Source: Moniliella sp. 'wahieum'
Taxonomy: Eukaryota
Assembly: GCA_003971905.1 (NCBI GenBank)
Contig: RSEE01000013.1
Coordinates: 434,001 to 498,000, forward strand
Reading direction: 5' to 3'
Length of the DNA stretch: 64,000 bases
Shown here: one piece after another, positions 27,431 through 39,565 of the stretch
Position numbering within the stretch: the stretch's first letter is position 1
How the letters are laid out: each line of letters opens with the position of its first letter
Program-made: the position numbers and the translations under genes
The notes under the pieces: generated by a model
Seen by the model: only the letters and a program-made list of their open reading frames with translations
Told to the model about the DNA's origin: nothing
The model's database searches: none

Positions 27431-29096
27431 TTTCACGGCCTTTTGCGCTTTTTTTTTCTCGAACAGTGGTCATGCATCTCTTGTCCCAACCAATCCCCTT
27501 CACCTGCCCCCTTTTGTAACCCCGGTCTGCAACAACCTTCCTGTTCCTTTTCCTGATCCTTCCTTAGAGCCGGATTACTCCCCACATTGCCCCTTCTCCT
27601 TGAGGGGTGATGGTCTGGGCAGAGAGGCAGGTTATGCTTTCGCTTTAATTTCGCTTTCCTTTGGCTGCAGCACCCCTTTCCTCTTCGTTAAGGATTCGTC
27701 ATGGCGCTCCTGCGGCACGGCTGCATTTCCTCCTTCTTGTCTGCACACCCGACTGGATGCCATTCTCATGTTGTTACCACTCCCGCGACAGAGGAAGGGG
27801 GGTGGATGGGGATGGGGATGGGAAGTCGTACACCGACCCCTGGGATCGTCCTATCTCGGATGTGTGTTGGCAATGCGTCCGCCTCTACGAGAGGGTTCCG
27901 CGGGGGTGGGGGGAGGGGCGCACGGTCCGTGCCCTATGTAACGTTCAACGTTCAACGTTCGCTGCCACGAGGCATTGGCTGCTAGGTCGGGCGAGCTGAT
28001 CATCCCGATCATCAGCTACATCGGCGCATCAGCTGATCCATCCCCCCCCACTCAATTGAAGAGTAGCTGATAACTTCGACCCTATCGCACTCCTACAGTC
28101 TGGTAGTCTTGAACCATGTTCTTCTTGTACGCTTCACCTTTTCCCACTGCCCTTCCTCCCGCTGGTGCCCCCCCGCATATGGCATCCTTTCGACGACCGC
28201 AACATATAGTAGCTTGGAGCGGGTGCATGTGCCTGCATGCATGGATGCGGCCACCATCTCGAACTACTTTAGTGGGGAGGCTTGACATCACCAGTGACTA
28301 GTGACTAGTGGCGGTCACTAGGTCCCACGGGGCCCAGCTTGCTCCCGAACGATAGACGATAGGCTTGCTTGCGATAGTCGATAGATGGCATGACCTGGCG
28401 AGCACACTGGGTCTGTGCACCAGGCGAGGGGGAGATGGTGCAGCAGGACGTGTAGTAAGTATATACGTCAATTGCCTGCGAACGCTGTGAACGTTGAACG
28501 TTGAACAGCGGGGGGTTACGCCGGTTAAATGTGGTTAAGCGACGCACCCAGCGGGTCTCGGCCTTGGTTGGACCAGATTCGGGCTGGGGAAGGCTGGAGA
28601 TGGTGCAAGCTAGCCGGAGGGGCCTCCGCGGGGCTTGCAAGGTATGTAGATCGCAGCTTGGAGCTCTCAGAAAGCTTGAGGCGTACAGGCCTGGGGCCTT
28701 GAGGGTTGGCCGGTTAGAGGCCGCTGGGGAACCAGAGAGGGCCGACCCACGCTCTTGTGCTGCCAAGTGCTACTCGCCCCAGGAGCAAAAGGAGGCCTGC
28801 ACGGTCCATCTACGCACGGTCCGTCAAGCGTCAGCACGCCAGTACTTGCGAGACGCAGACTGAGTACCGAGTGCTGAGCGGACGCAGGCGGAGATGTGTG
28901 AAGCGTGATGACACTGGGGGGCACCGTCGAACCCAGATACAGGCTGCTTACGTAGCGAACCGGCCACCCACTCTCTGGCCCCTATCCCCGAAAAGCCCGC
29001 TGTTCTGCCTTATAAGATCCGCATCCGCATCAGCAACGGCAATTCACACGCTTGCGCTCCCTCCCGCCTCTGCCCTGCCCCCGCACCTCCACCAGC

Positions 29097-30145
29097 ATGC
29101 CTCACCTTCCTCCGCAACTCAAGTCGCTCGTGCTCTCACCCACCTTTGCAGGTGGCCGCCTGGCCAAGCCGCTGCAGCCGCCCAAGGCGGCTGTGCTCAC
29201 CAAGCTCTTCCAGGACGTCGAAAGCTCCGCAAGCAAGCAAGGTCTCGGCTGGGGCGAATGGCTGTCGATCACGACCGCCAGCCTGTTTACTCTCGACTCG
29301 CCCGGATCGCTCCAGGCGCTGCACAAGTTCTCCGCACCTCCAGCCTGGAAATCGAGGAGCGCACAGCGCGCGCCTCCTTGACCCGCGAGGTGGGCCTCAA
29401 GTGCATTGGGTTTGTTGGCATCCCCAAGGTCATCAACAACCTTGCCGCTCTCCGCAAGGCAGTCGAGACGGACGCCGAGCTGGTCTCGAAGCTCTCCCTT
29501 GAACCTCGCAGGTAGGTCTTTTTTCCGTTCCGTGTACCCCCCCCCCCCCCCCCGAGGCTGGGAATGCGCTGCTAACGTTTACCTTTCTCAGGCGCGTGAC
29601 AAAGGACAACATTGGCTTGGTCAACAAGTCGGCGTACGGGTTGTGGGACAACATTTACACCCCGCTTTCGGAGCGGCTGATTGATGTGCTCAAGAACAGT
29701 CATCCCGATCTGCCCGTGTTTATCATTGAGAACGAGTATGGTCCGCTGTTTGCCTCGCCCGGCTCGTTCCATGATCCCGCTCTGCCCGAACCGGCGTGGG
29801 ACGTGAACCGGCTGCGTACCTCGCTGGTTGCCATCTCGGCACTGCGGTCGCAAGGCGGTGTGGGCCCGCAGGTCACGTCGCATATTTGGGGGCTGCTCAA
29901 GGCCAAACCCTCCATCTCGTCCCAGGACGTGAACAAGGAAGGGTTGGAATGGCTCACGTCGGAAGAGGGGCAGAATGGGTGGTCAAGACGGTCGACCAGG
30001 TATGTGTCCATCGTGCATCCTATGTGTGGAACAAGGCAAGTCAGAACTGACTGTGGAACTGCGGATTTGACCAGATTGCCGAGGTGGTCGACGGTACCCA
30101 GAGGCCGAGCGGGAGCCCAAACCTGCGCCCAAGCCCAAGCTGTAA
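29097..30145 (+). CDS. AhpD/carboxymuconolactone-decarboxylase-like fungal protein (Pxp2-like); introns ~29512-29591 and ~30000-30074
   Basis: REVGLKCIGFVGIPKVINNL; LWDNIYTPLSERL; SHPDLPVFIIENEYGPLF; RLRTSLVAISALRSQGGVGPQVTSHIWGLLKA. The last exon ends KPKL*. Confidence 0.75.
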
Positions 30146-31039
30146 TAGGAGCATTATCTCGTGGGCGAACGTACTGCCTGTATCCAGTGGTCTGCACTAC
30201 AATAGCGACTGTTCTTGTTGATTATCGAACACCCTCGGCGTAACCCGAATAGAGTGGGACTTGTAGTGGGCATTATAGAAGCACAAGCGAACGAAGACAA
30301 GCAATCTCTCAGTGGAGACGTTATACTGAACGCACTTGAAGGCCTGGGGTAAAGCAACTCGATCAAGACGAGTGCACCCTCTCCGCCAGGCTCTGCCACG
30401 TCCATAGACCTTTGCAGTTGAACGTTCGTTGAACTCAACGTTGAGAAAACCAGCAGATAGACCGGGGAGGATACGTGCGGTAGGTAAATCATCCTCTTGT
30501 GGTACCTGCAGTAAACCAGGTAGACCACGGTAAACCGCCATTCTGCTGGCACCGAATTTATCCGACAGCTGGCACAGCAATAGGTACGTCTTCACGCGTG
30601 ACGGTCATGCGTGACTCCATCTACTCCTTGCGCTTTTGGCTCGTGCGCAGGACCGCAGTGACCGGTGACCGGTGACCCAAAGTCTTTTAATCGATAAGGC
30701 CGTCACATGTCACACCGTGACGAGCACAATTTCTATGTAGCAACGCTGAAGGGCGCACGCCATTCCCTCGTCCTCCACCTACACCGCACGTTGCAACAGT
30801 GCATGAACAGCTTGACCACCTTGGTCAGCTTGACGGAATGGGTGAGAAGCACGGTTTTGGTTTGGTTTGTCCTTGAACTCAAGGAGAAAAAAAATACAAC
30901 GATAAAAAACAAGGCAAACGAGACGGTAGTAACTGCGACTAGTAGAGAGCACTGTTGGCAACAAAGGATGAAACCGATGACAAGCCACTGGTGGCCATAT
31001 GGTTGGCCTTGGACCCTCGCATACCTGTTTTGGCCATGC

Positions 31040-32103
31040 TCAAAACCCTTGGTGAGCAGCGAGGTACTCGTAGACGGGCATGTTGAGTCTGACACGGTCG
31101 AGAGGTTAGCCGCTAGCGAGAATGAGATGGTGGGGAAGGCACAGCGTAGAGAACGTACCGAATCGCGTCATGTACTTCAGGGGGCAAATCGAGCTTTTTG
31201 GCATCCTTGGCAGCAGCGCCCGCGTCGGTCCGAAAGCCAGTCGATTGCTCTGCAACGGCGTGGTAGGACCCCCACTTGGCAAACTCTGCAGTGGCATTTT
31301 CGCTGGCCGGTTGGCCGGTCCCTGGTTCGTTGGCCTTGGGCGAAGCGCGGGTGGCTTCCCACTGAAGCATACCCTCCTCAAAGGGAATCCCTACGGCAGT
31401 ACAGTACGCGCGCACTGTTTCGTCAGGATGTTGGAGCAGAGCTGCGGCGTCAATCAAAGGGTAGTGACTTTGCTTGGGGGACGAAGAAGCAGAGCGGTTG
31501 TACTCTGACCTGGGGTTGGTCAAATACGCATACAGAATGGCCTGTTCCTTGTACCCAGCTTCGGCCGGGTCAAAGTATTCAAACCCAGCTGCACCATCTT
31601 GACAGCATTTGAAGTACGATGGAACCCCCTTTTCTGGGGTACGGATGAGGAACGTGTGCTTGAACTTGTGCAACAGTTCGTTGGGAACAACAGTTGGGTT
31701 GGCCACGACGCGCGAGGCAAAATCAGGTGCCAGAGAGCCATCGGGTTCGATGTAACTGTCATCGGTGTGTCGGTAGCTGCCGTCAGCGGCTTGGCGCCAG
31801 GAGACAGTTGGTACTCCTCCCTTGTGCATGGTACACACGCGACTGGGGGTGCAACTTGGCCAGCGTCGAGGTAGGGAAGATGTACTGGGCCATGTCTTTG
31901 ACAAACACAAAGCGTTTTCCTTCCTTCTGTTGGTTGGCACCGCGACCCATTGCGTTTGTTCCGTCAGCCACACCAGCAAGCGTGTCGAGAAGGGTTGCCT
32001 GCACATCACTGTGATCCTTCTCAATCGAAGCCCGGGAGAAGCGGAGGCATTGGCGCTGCTGGCCCCAGTAGAATGCATCGCCCAAGGGCTCGTGGTACGT
32101 GAT

Positions 32104-32136
<33 letters not shown>

Positions 32137-32193
32137 TGCGGTAGAGCAGCTGCGCGGGTGGCACCAGATAATGATGGACTCCAAGACAGGCAT
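31040..32193 (-). CDS. Sulfotransferase-like P-loop protein (family resembling the N-terminal domain of BCAT-like proteins); intron ~31090-31157
   Basis: IWCHPRSCSTAFERAFMQR; HEPLGDAFY; FVKDMAQY; HTFLIRTP; FDPAEAGY; LIDAAALLQHP; IPFEEGMLQW; QSTGF. The last exon reads NMPVYEYL. Confidence 0.85.
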
Positions 32194-33655
32194 GGCGAGG
32201 GAGAGAAGGGGGAGCAGGAGTTTGGCGTCCAGGGGTGGGGTGCGGGGTGCGGGAAGGATGTTGGTCCGACTCGATGGCAAGGAGGATATACAAATGTCGG
32301 CTTTTATACTGGCAGCAGGGCAAAATGGTCTGAATGTGCCCGGAGAAATGTGGGGTTGCAGCCGAGAGCTGCACTGCAGGAGTGTGCATGCGGCACAGTA
32401 GGGCACAGCAGGGCATCGCCTGGCATCGCACGGGCCCGCAGAAGCGAGACGGCTTAATTTGAGGCTTAGAGCTTCAAGCTTCAGGCTGAAGCTCTGAAGC
32501 CTCACTAGCACTAGCACTCAAGCTCCAAGCTTCAAGCCTAAAAAACTTACGGTCTGCATGTAAGGCCCAAAGCCCTAAGGCCTAGCCACTAGCCAGTACC
32601 AGGAGCAAGTCGTAACCTGAATTAAACCAGTTACTAGGTACTGTTACCATGTTACCGGGGTACATGTGGTAAGGCGGTCGCACTGCTATAAACAAGTTGG
32701 TTCAATCAAAACCTGGATGCAGCCCAAGACAGACCAGATGCCCGGACGACCGGTGATGGATGTCATGCATGTCACGCATCATGCACATCATGCGTCATGC
32801 GCTGGAAGCACTTGCCACGCAGCCAAGGCAGAGCGACGCATCATGCTTCCTGCATCATGCATCATGTGTCACATGTCACATGTCACACGTCATGCATCAG
32901 GTATCATGCATCAGGCATCATGCACCAAGTAGTGAGTGCGGAGTACTAATGGCTAGCTTGACTTAGCTAGTGCCTCAGACTGACGCATAAGGCCGAGGTC
33001 TATTAGGCCGGTCACCGGTCAGCGCCGGTCAGCAGTGATCTCAGCTGGTTAATAGGGTCACTAGGTCACTAGGTCACTGGTCGCCAAAAGCGGTGGAGGA
33101 TGCGCACGTGACCGCATGACCAGTAAAACTAGTAAAGCTCCTCATGGGCCTCATGCATCATGCATCATGGGCCTCATGCCTCGCCCTGCCCTGCTCTGTC
33201 TTGTGAGGCCGCCAGATCACAGGTACACCTTCCTTGCACGGCGATCGACCATCCCGAAAATGGTCCAGCAAGCGGCAACAGGCGGCAACGTCAACGTCGT
33301 CAGCGTCAACCCTCAAATCCCCAATCAAGCTTCAAGCTTCAAGAGGCAGTTCATCGCTCATTAATTTCATTAACGTCCAACTTGAACATTCATCGAATTC
33401 ATCGCTTCAAGCTTCGGCTTCAGCTTCAGCTTGCCCATGCTCAGCCGAGCGCTCACTTGAAGATCGGCATCGACTCGGTTGCACCGATTGCTGCATCCCA
33501 GCGCATGCCGTTGTGCTGTTTGCCACACGCCCCCACTCGAACCTCTGGGCTGAGCTCAGCCGATGGGAGATCACTCGATCACGACACCATAGCAACCATC
33601 ATCCGCCTCAACGAGTCCGACCTACCCTGGTCCACTCAGTCTTTCGACCACCATC

Positions 33656-34126
33656 ATGGCCACCACCCAACATTTCTCCGGGGATGACAACTCTGCTCCC
33701 CACACACTTCCTACCGATGACGGAGAATGCGCCGAGGAGACACATGCCCTTCTCGCCACTCCCAAAGAATTCTCCCCGGCTACTCTCCCCGCCTCGTCTC
33801 GTCCGAGGGCGGAAGAAGCAGAGCCTGTCTACACAGAGGAATTGCCTTGGTTCATTGCCTACTTTTTCTACGACAATGGCGAGGGAGGAGTGCGGGTTGT
33901 ACGCGCCGTCTTGGCCGCTGCCGTCTTCTTCACCATTGCCCTGACCTTGACCATCGGGTTGGTCTGTGTCCGCCACGGTCATGCCCATCCCGCATTCGAG
34001 CTCTGGCTCCCTTCTTTCCTGCGCTCCACGCGTCCCAACTCCTCCAGCGCCTCTGCCTCTTCTCTCTTGCCTACTGCAACCACGCATCTTCTCGCTGCCG
34101 GCGGTGGCCCCACCACAGCGGCGTAA
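33656..34126 (+). CDS. Hypothetical single-pass membrane protein, 156 aa
   Basis: Intact ATG ORF with an acidic N-terminus, a hydrophobic segment AVLAAAVFFTIALTLTIGLVCV and a Ser/Thr-rich tail. No family recognised. Confidence 0.5.
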   Translation: MATTQHFSGDDNSAPHTLPTDDGECAEETHALLATPKEFSPATLPASSRPRAEEAEPVYTEELPWFIAYFFYDNGEGGVRVVRAVLAAAVFFTIALTLTIGLVCVRHGHAHPAFELWLPSFLRSTRPNSSSASASSLLPTATTHLLAAGGGPTTAA

Positions 34127-34341
34127 ATTTTCTGGCCAGTCGCCCCATCGACTCTCGAACCACTGGAAGCAATACGTTCCTGGGCAATGCAGGCACCCTT
34201 GTTCGCCTTCCAAGATTCCTTTTCTTCTAGAACTACGCCGACCCACTTCGTCGCTGCCATTCACTCGCTGTTGTTCATATTTCTTCATACATGTACTCCC
34301 AACTGATGGATCGCCTGTGTGATAGTGGCCAACGTATCCAA

Positions 34342-35134
34342 TCATTCGTCCATATCAAAGCTTAGCCCCTTGCCACTCTTCTTGATCTCTTTACGAGCCG
34401 CCTGGTTTTTCTTTTTTCTCGTAGCCGATTTCGGTGGTGCCGCGCTGGCCACCTCACGAGCCAGACGTTCTTTCGCTTTGGCCTTATCCCGAGGATCCTC
34501 CTCTTCAATCAGAACGCGTTTGGCCAGCGTGCTATCTTGAGGCTTGGAGGGAGTAGCTTTACGCTCTGCAATCAATGCACGTACCCCGTCCATTCCGTCT
34601 TTGGGATGGGTGTCCATACGCGGGACTTTGCGCGTCTCCTCGGCTTGGCCTACGGGCACTGCACGTCGTTTAGCTCGTACGGCAGCTCCTGGTAAGCCTG
34701 CTTGCGCACGGGAATTGGATGGTGGTTCAGGTGTTGGGGCGATGTCGGAAGCTGAAGCTGATGCGGGGGATGGAAGTCAGTCAAAGGAGCCACCACATTG
34801 ATGGGAGGGGCGCAGCAGAGGTGGAAGACATACGTTGGGAAGTAGATTGACCGTGGGAGATCTGGCGAGCCTCCTCGCGAGTGAGGTGCTTCTTTTCATC
34901 CAATACCACTACATGTGCATTGTGCCAGTCCTCCTCGTCATCCGAGTCAGGCAAGAGCCCATCGTCGCGAGACGGGCCGGAGGATCTGATACCTAACGCA
35001 TCGTCCCACTCGGACCGAGCAGGAGCGGGCTGTACCTTGTCTTTGAAAGCTTGGAGGAACTTTGGTACAGGAGCAGCCTGGAACTCGAGATGCTTGGCTT
35101 GACGAGCGTTGAGTTTGGGTGATGGCGGCGCCAT
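34342..35134 (-). CDS. DUF4604 / KIAA1143-like protein; frameshifted
   Basis: LEFQAAPVPKFLQAFK; acidic DSDDEED then AHVVVLDEKKHLTREE; basic tail ending KGLSFDMDE*. Confidence 0.7.
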
Positions 35135-35463
35135 GGGAGGAGGAAGTTGGTGGAAATGGAGGCCTCGACCAAGTGGAGCTCACTGAGGACCCTGAGTACA
35201 CTGCGTATGATGATCGATGAACGTATCCACCCCATCTACCTTGTGTTCAATGTTCAATGTTCTGGCCACGTTTCAAATTCCAGTGCTGATACGGCGGAAC
35301 GTTCCCCCTGATTCCGCCCGGGTGGAGAGTGGAGTCACATGGCGGGACACTGCCCCCGTGCATGGAACACTTTCTCTTCTTCCTTTTTTTTTCTGGGCGC
35401 ACGTGGTCCATAAGAGGAGCGGGCGTCTGGTCTTTTCTGCCCAACCACCCTATCCTCCCCACC

Positions 35464-36927
35464 ATGTCCTTTGGCAAGCTCTACGGCGGCAACCCCGACT
35501 TCACCCGTGTCTGGCGCATCCGCGCCGCCGCCAAGGTGGCCGGCCTCGACATCGAGTTCGTTCCCACCAAGCTTGGCGTGGACACCAAGACGCCCGAGTT
35601 CCTTGCCCTGAACCCGCAGGCAAGGTCCCCGTCTGGCACGGTGCTGACGGCTTTGTCCTCACCGAGTCGCGTGCCATCGCTATTTACTGTACGTTCTTCT
35701 CTTCCATCCTTTCCCTCCCGACAGCGATGATGTGTTCTTCGGAACAGTTATCCCTGGCTAAATGGTGGCGTTGGTAGCCACCGCGTCGTGTCGAAACCAC
35801 TTGCACAAAATGTGGCTGAGCTGTACACGGGAGGAAAGACCAATTAAACAATCACAAGGGTACTGACGTTGATTGTCGTTTGTCGCTAGTCGCCTCGCTC
35901 GCTAAGAACGCCAAGCTGCTTGGCAACGATGAGGCTACCTCGGCGCTCATCACGTCGTGGGTTGAGTGGGCTGATGACGAGGTGCTCAACAAGGCCATCT
36001 CGATCTGCTACCCCAAGTGGAACCTTGTGCCCTACTTCAAGCCGCTCGACACGCTCCAGCGTGAGGGCCTTGCCAAGTCGCTCTCTTACCTCGAGAAGAC
36101 CCTGGCCAAGAAGACCTTCCTTGTTGGCCACCGCCTGACTCTGGCCGACATTGTCGTCGCTGGCAACCTGCAGTTCATCTTCACCTCCATCTACGGTGCC
36201 GAGACGCGTGCGACCTACCCCCACGGTTCGCTACTTCAACACGGTGCTGAACCTGCCTGCGCTTAAGGAGGTTGCCCCGACCGAGGCGCTGCTCGCCGAG
36301 GACTACAAGTTCTCTGTCCCTAAGAAGGAGAAGGCGCCCAAGGCTGCCCCCGCCCCGGCTGCCCCCAAGAAGGAGAAGGCCGCTCCTAAGCCTGCTGAGG
36401 ATGACGAGGAGCCCGTGAAGGAGGCCCCTAAGCCTAAGAACCCTCTGGACTTGCTGCCCAAGTCGTCGTTTGTCAACGATGACTGGAAGCGTGTCTACTC
36501 GAACCAGGACACCAAGACCCAGGCCATCCCCTGGTTCTACCAGAACTTTGACTGGGAGGGCTGGTCCATTGTCAAGTTCCGCTTCAGGTACCCCGAGGAC
36601 CTGACGGCCATCTTTATGAGCTCCAACCTGATTGGCGGGTTCTTCAACCGTCTCGAGGCCAGCCGCAAGTACTTGATGGGCACGGGTGGTGTGTTTGGCG
36701 AGGCGAACGACTCGGAGATCCAGGGTGTGTTTATCCTCCGTGGCCAGGACTGGAAGCCCGTCCTGAGCGTTGCGCCCGACATTGAGTCGTACGAGATCAC
36801 CCCTCTCGACGTGCGCAACAACGAGGAGGACAAGAAGTACTTTGAGGGCATGCTCGAGTGGGAGCTTTCTGTCCCCTCGCGCGCAGGCAAGCCCCTGGCT
36901 TACCAGGATGGCAAGGTGCTCAAGTAA
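35464..36927 (+). CDS. TEF4: Translation elongation factor 1B gamma; intron 35689-35889
   Basis: GST-like N-domain (MSFGKLYG, DGFVLTESRAIAIY, TFLVGHRLTLADI), Lys/Ala/Pro linker, and EF1G domain (PKNPLDLLPKSSF, DDWKRVYSNQDT, FMSSNLIGGFFNRLEASRKY). Confidence 0.97.
35721..35824 (+). ncRNA. snR38: Intronic box C/D snoRNA snR38 (guide for LSU rRNA Gm2815, yeast numbering)
   Basis: Perfect terminal stem ACAGC/GCTGT. Box C-like ATGATGT at 35727-35733. Guide CAGTTATCCCTG (35745-35756) is complementary to LSU rRNA CAGGGAUAACUG and is followed by D'-like CTAA. Box D CTGA at 35816-35819. Yeast snR38 has the same host gene. Confidence 0.9.
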
Positions 36928-37208
36928 ACTGCGAGCGCTTACGTCGACATCAACCTGAATTTATGCATCATGGGTTGTCCCTTTTACATTGGCGAGGAAA
37001 GGTGCTAGAACAATTATCGTATCTGTTGCTATAGGACCACGAGGCCAAATGAGATGAAAGGGGCAGAGGACAGCAAGAATTGATGAATTGGTTCGACATT
37101 CTGAACGAGACATTGGTTACTGGGTTGGGGACAGAGCCCGAACTATACTGTGATGATCGATGTAGAGAGAAGCCTGAGGGCCCGAGCCCAGCAAAACGCG
37201 AAACGGAT

Positions 37209-38983
37209 TTAGACCTTGCGCTGCTTGGTACTGCGGCCCTCCAACTCGTCTTCTTCGTCCTCATCCACCACCGTCGTCGCACGGGCACGAGAGGAAGTGT
37301 GAGAGTGCCCGCTGCCGACTGTCGCCCCACTCGGCACGGGGCTCGATGCCGGCTCCTCGATCGCGACTGGCGTTTGGATGGGAAGGCCGGCTCCGAATCC
37401 CGTGGCACTCTTGGCCAGGCGGGAGGGTGGGCTGGTCCGAGACCGAAGCCGAGCGCTCAAACAAAAAGCCTCCGTCGTCCTTGGCCGCTTCGTCCACGGA
37501 CGATGGAGGAGGTTGGTCTGACACTGGTGCCGGGGGCTCAAACACAAGTTCTCTCTCGTACTTGGATGGGTCGTCGCCAGAACGTTCAAAGAGGAAGCTG
37601 GGGCCGCCCTTGCTTGGTACATTGTAGGTATTGTCACCCACCGTTCCATCATCCATACCACGACGCCCGGAAGAGGACCCGAGGCGGTAGTCTCGCCCTG
37701 GCCCGGCTGCAGTCGGGCCCGGAGGATTTCCTGCGCAAGCCAATTGAGCCCCGCTCTTCCTCATCATCCTCGTCGGACGTCGGAGTCTGAGCGGGTGCCA
37801 CGCCCGTGGAGGGGGAAGGCGAGTCGTGCCGCACAAAGTGGCGGGGAAGACGGGTGGGCACGGGAGCAGGCACAAAGGGCACTTGCTCAGGAGGGTCTCG
37901 GGCGAAAGAAGTTGCCACGTACCCGGCGCCTCCATCTCCAGATCCTCCTCTGGCTGGGCATCGTCCCCTCGTCCTCCGACGCCGACGTGCCAGCATAAGA
38001 AGGCGAGACAAACAGAGACCGATTGGCGTTCCGCGTCGCGGCTGCGCTCTGCAGCGGTGCATAGAACGCATCCCCACGAGGGAAGGAGAGGTACTTGAGC
38101 CCCGGAATCGCTTCCGCGTCCTGAGGAGCCGCAGATAGCAGCTCTGGTGCCGGGGGGGAGCATCCGCCTCCGCCTCAGCACGCTGCTGCAGGAAGGAGAG
38201 AGAAGACCCGGCCAGGCTTGGCGGTACGGAGCATCTTGCAGCTGGAGCTTGGGGCGCACAGGACGGTCGGATGGCACCTCGGCATACTCGTCGTAACCTT
38301 GTCCTGCCTGGTGCATTTCGTTCCACGGGATTGAGACGCTTGCTGCGCGTAGGAAGCAAACGCACGGTCCGGGTCGGCAAAAAGAAGCCCGCCCAGCCGG
38401 TTGGCCCAACGAGGGTACTTCAGCGTACTCGTCGTACCCACTGCGTGGCACCTGGGCCAAAGTCGGGTTGGCTTGGCCGGCTTGACGGTTCAAGAGCGGC
38501 TAGAGCAGCATCATATGTATTTGCCTCGTCCAAGTCGGTCTCGGGGGCGTAGGAGTCCGGGTGGAGCATGTAAGGGAATGTTGTCGTACACGGGCTCGGC
38601 CGGAAGCGCATTGAGCAAGAGCTCCCGCCGTCCCAGCGCATCGAGCACCGCCTCTTCCTGAGCCAGGGCAAAGACGAGCTGCGCCAGCTCCTTCTCCGAC
38701 TCCATCTCGGCCAAGGCTTGGGCCCGAGCCTCCTGCTCGGCCTGTTCACGGGCGTGTTCGATCGCGGCTTGGAAGACAGCCTCGACAATCGCCTGGCCTG
38801 GAGCTCGGCCTGGCGGCGTACTTCGGCTTCGGCACGTGCCTGTGCGGCCGCAACGAGGGCGAGGTGTTGGTCGACGAGGTAGAGCAGCGTGCGCGGGTCG
38901 TCGCACACCTCGGCCACCTCGGTGGGGGTTTGGGCGGGCGGCGCGTCGGCCCAGTCGTCGGCGATGAAGATTTGCAGGGACAT
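37209..38983 (-). CDS. Hypothetical low-complexity protein with an N-terminal coiled coil and internal peptide repeats; frameshifted
   Basis: MSLQIFIADDWADAPP start, Ala/Glu/Gln helical stretch, GYDEYAEVPS twice, FLFERS..VSDQP twice, ending DEDEEDELEGRSTKQRKV*. Confidence 0.6.
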
Positions 38984-39565
38984 GAGGAGGGGCAGTGGGG
39001 CGGTGGAGGGAGGCGGGGCGGTGGGCGAGAGGAAATGCGAAGGAAATGCGAGAGAAGTGCAAGAGCGGGAGGAATGCGAACGGAAATGAGCGAAAAGGTG
39101 CGAGTGGGGACCCGTGTAAGACCACTTGTGTGCTGGGCCTGCGTGGCCTCAGCGCCTCAGCGCCCTCGGCCTCAGCGCAGTCCGTGGGACATCACTAGGC
39201 CCGTCTCACTGGTCACGCGTCGCGTCACTGCCCGCGCCAGCCCGCTCACATGCGCTCACACCGCGACGGAGGCGCGGGCGTTCGGGTTTCGCTTCCGCCT
39301 CGGCTGCAGGCCACTGCATGACGTAGCTCAGCCCAGCACCAGCCCATGCAACCCTACCACCTGCGCACGTAAGCAGGCGTTGACCTGCACGTCCGTGTGC
39401 GTGGGCATCCATCGTCCCGCTCAGCGGGCGCTCAGAGCTCAGATCTCAATCTCCGCTCCCAGCGCGCCCCAGCACCAGCTGCTTCTGCGCCGAGTGGCGC
39501 TGCTGCACCACCGACAGCACCACTCGACACGACACGAGCCACCCTCTGCCACCCCTCTGCCCGCG

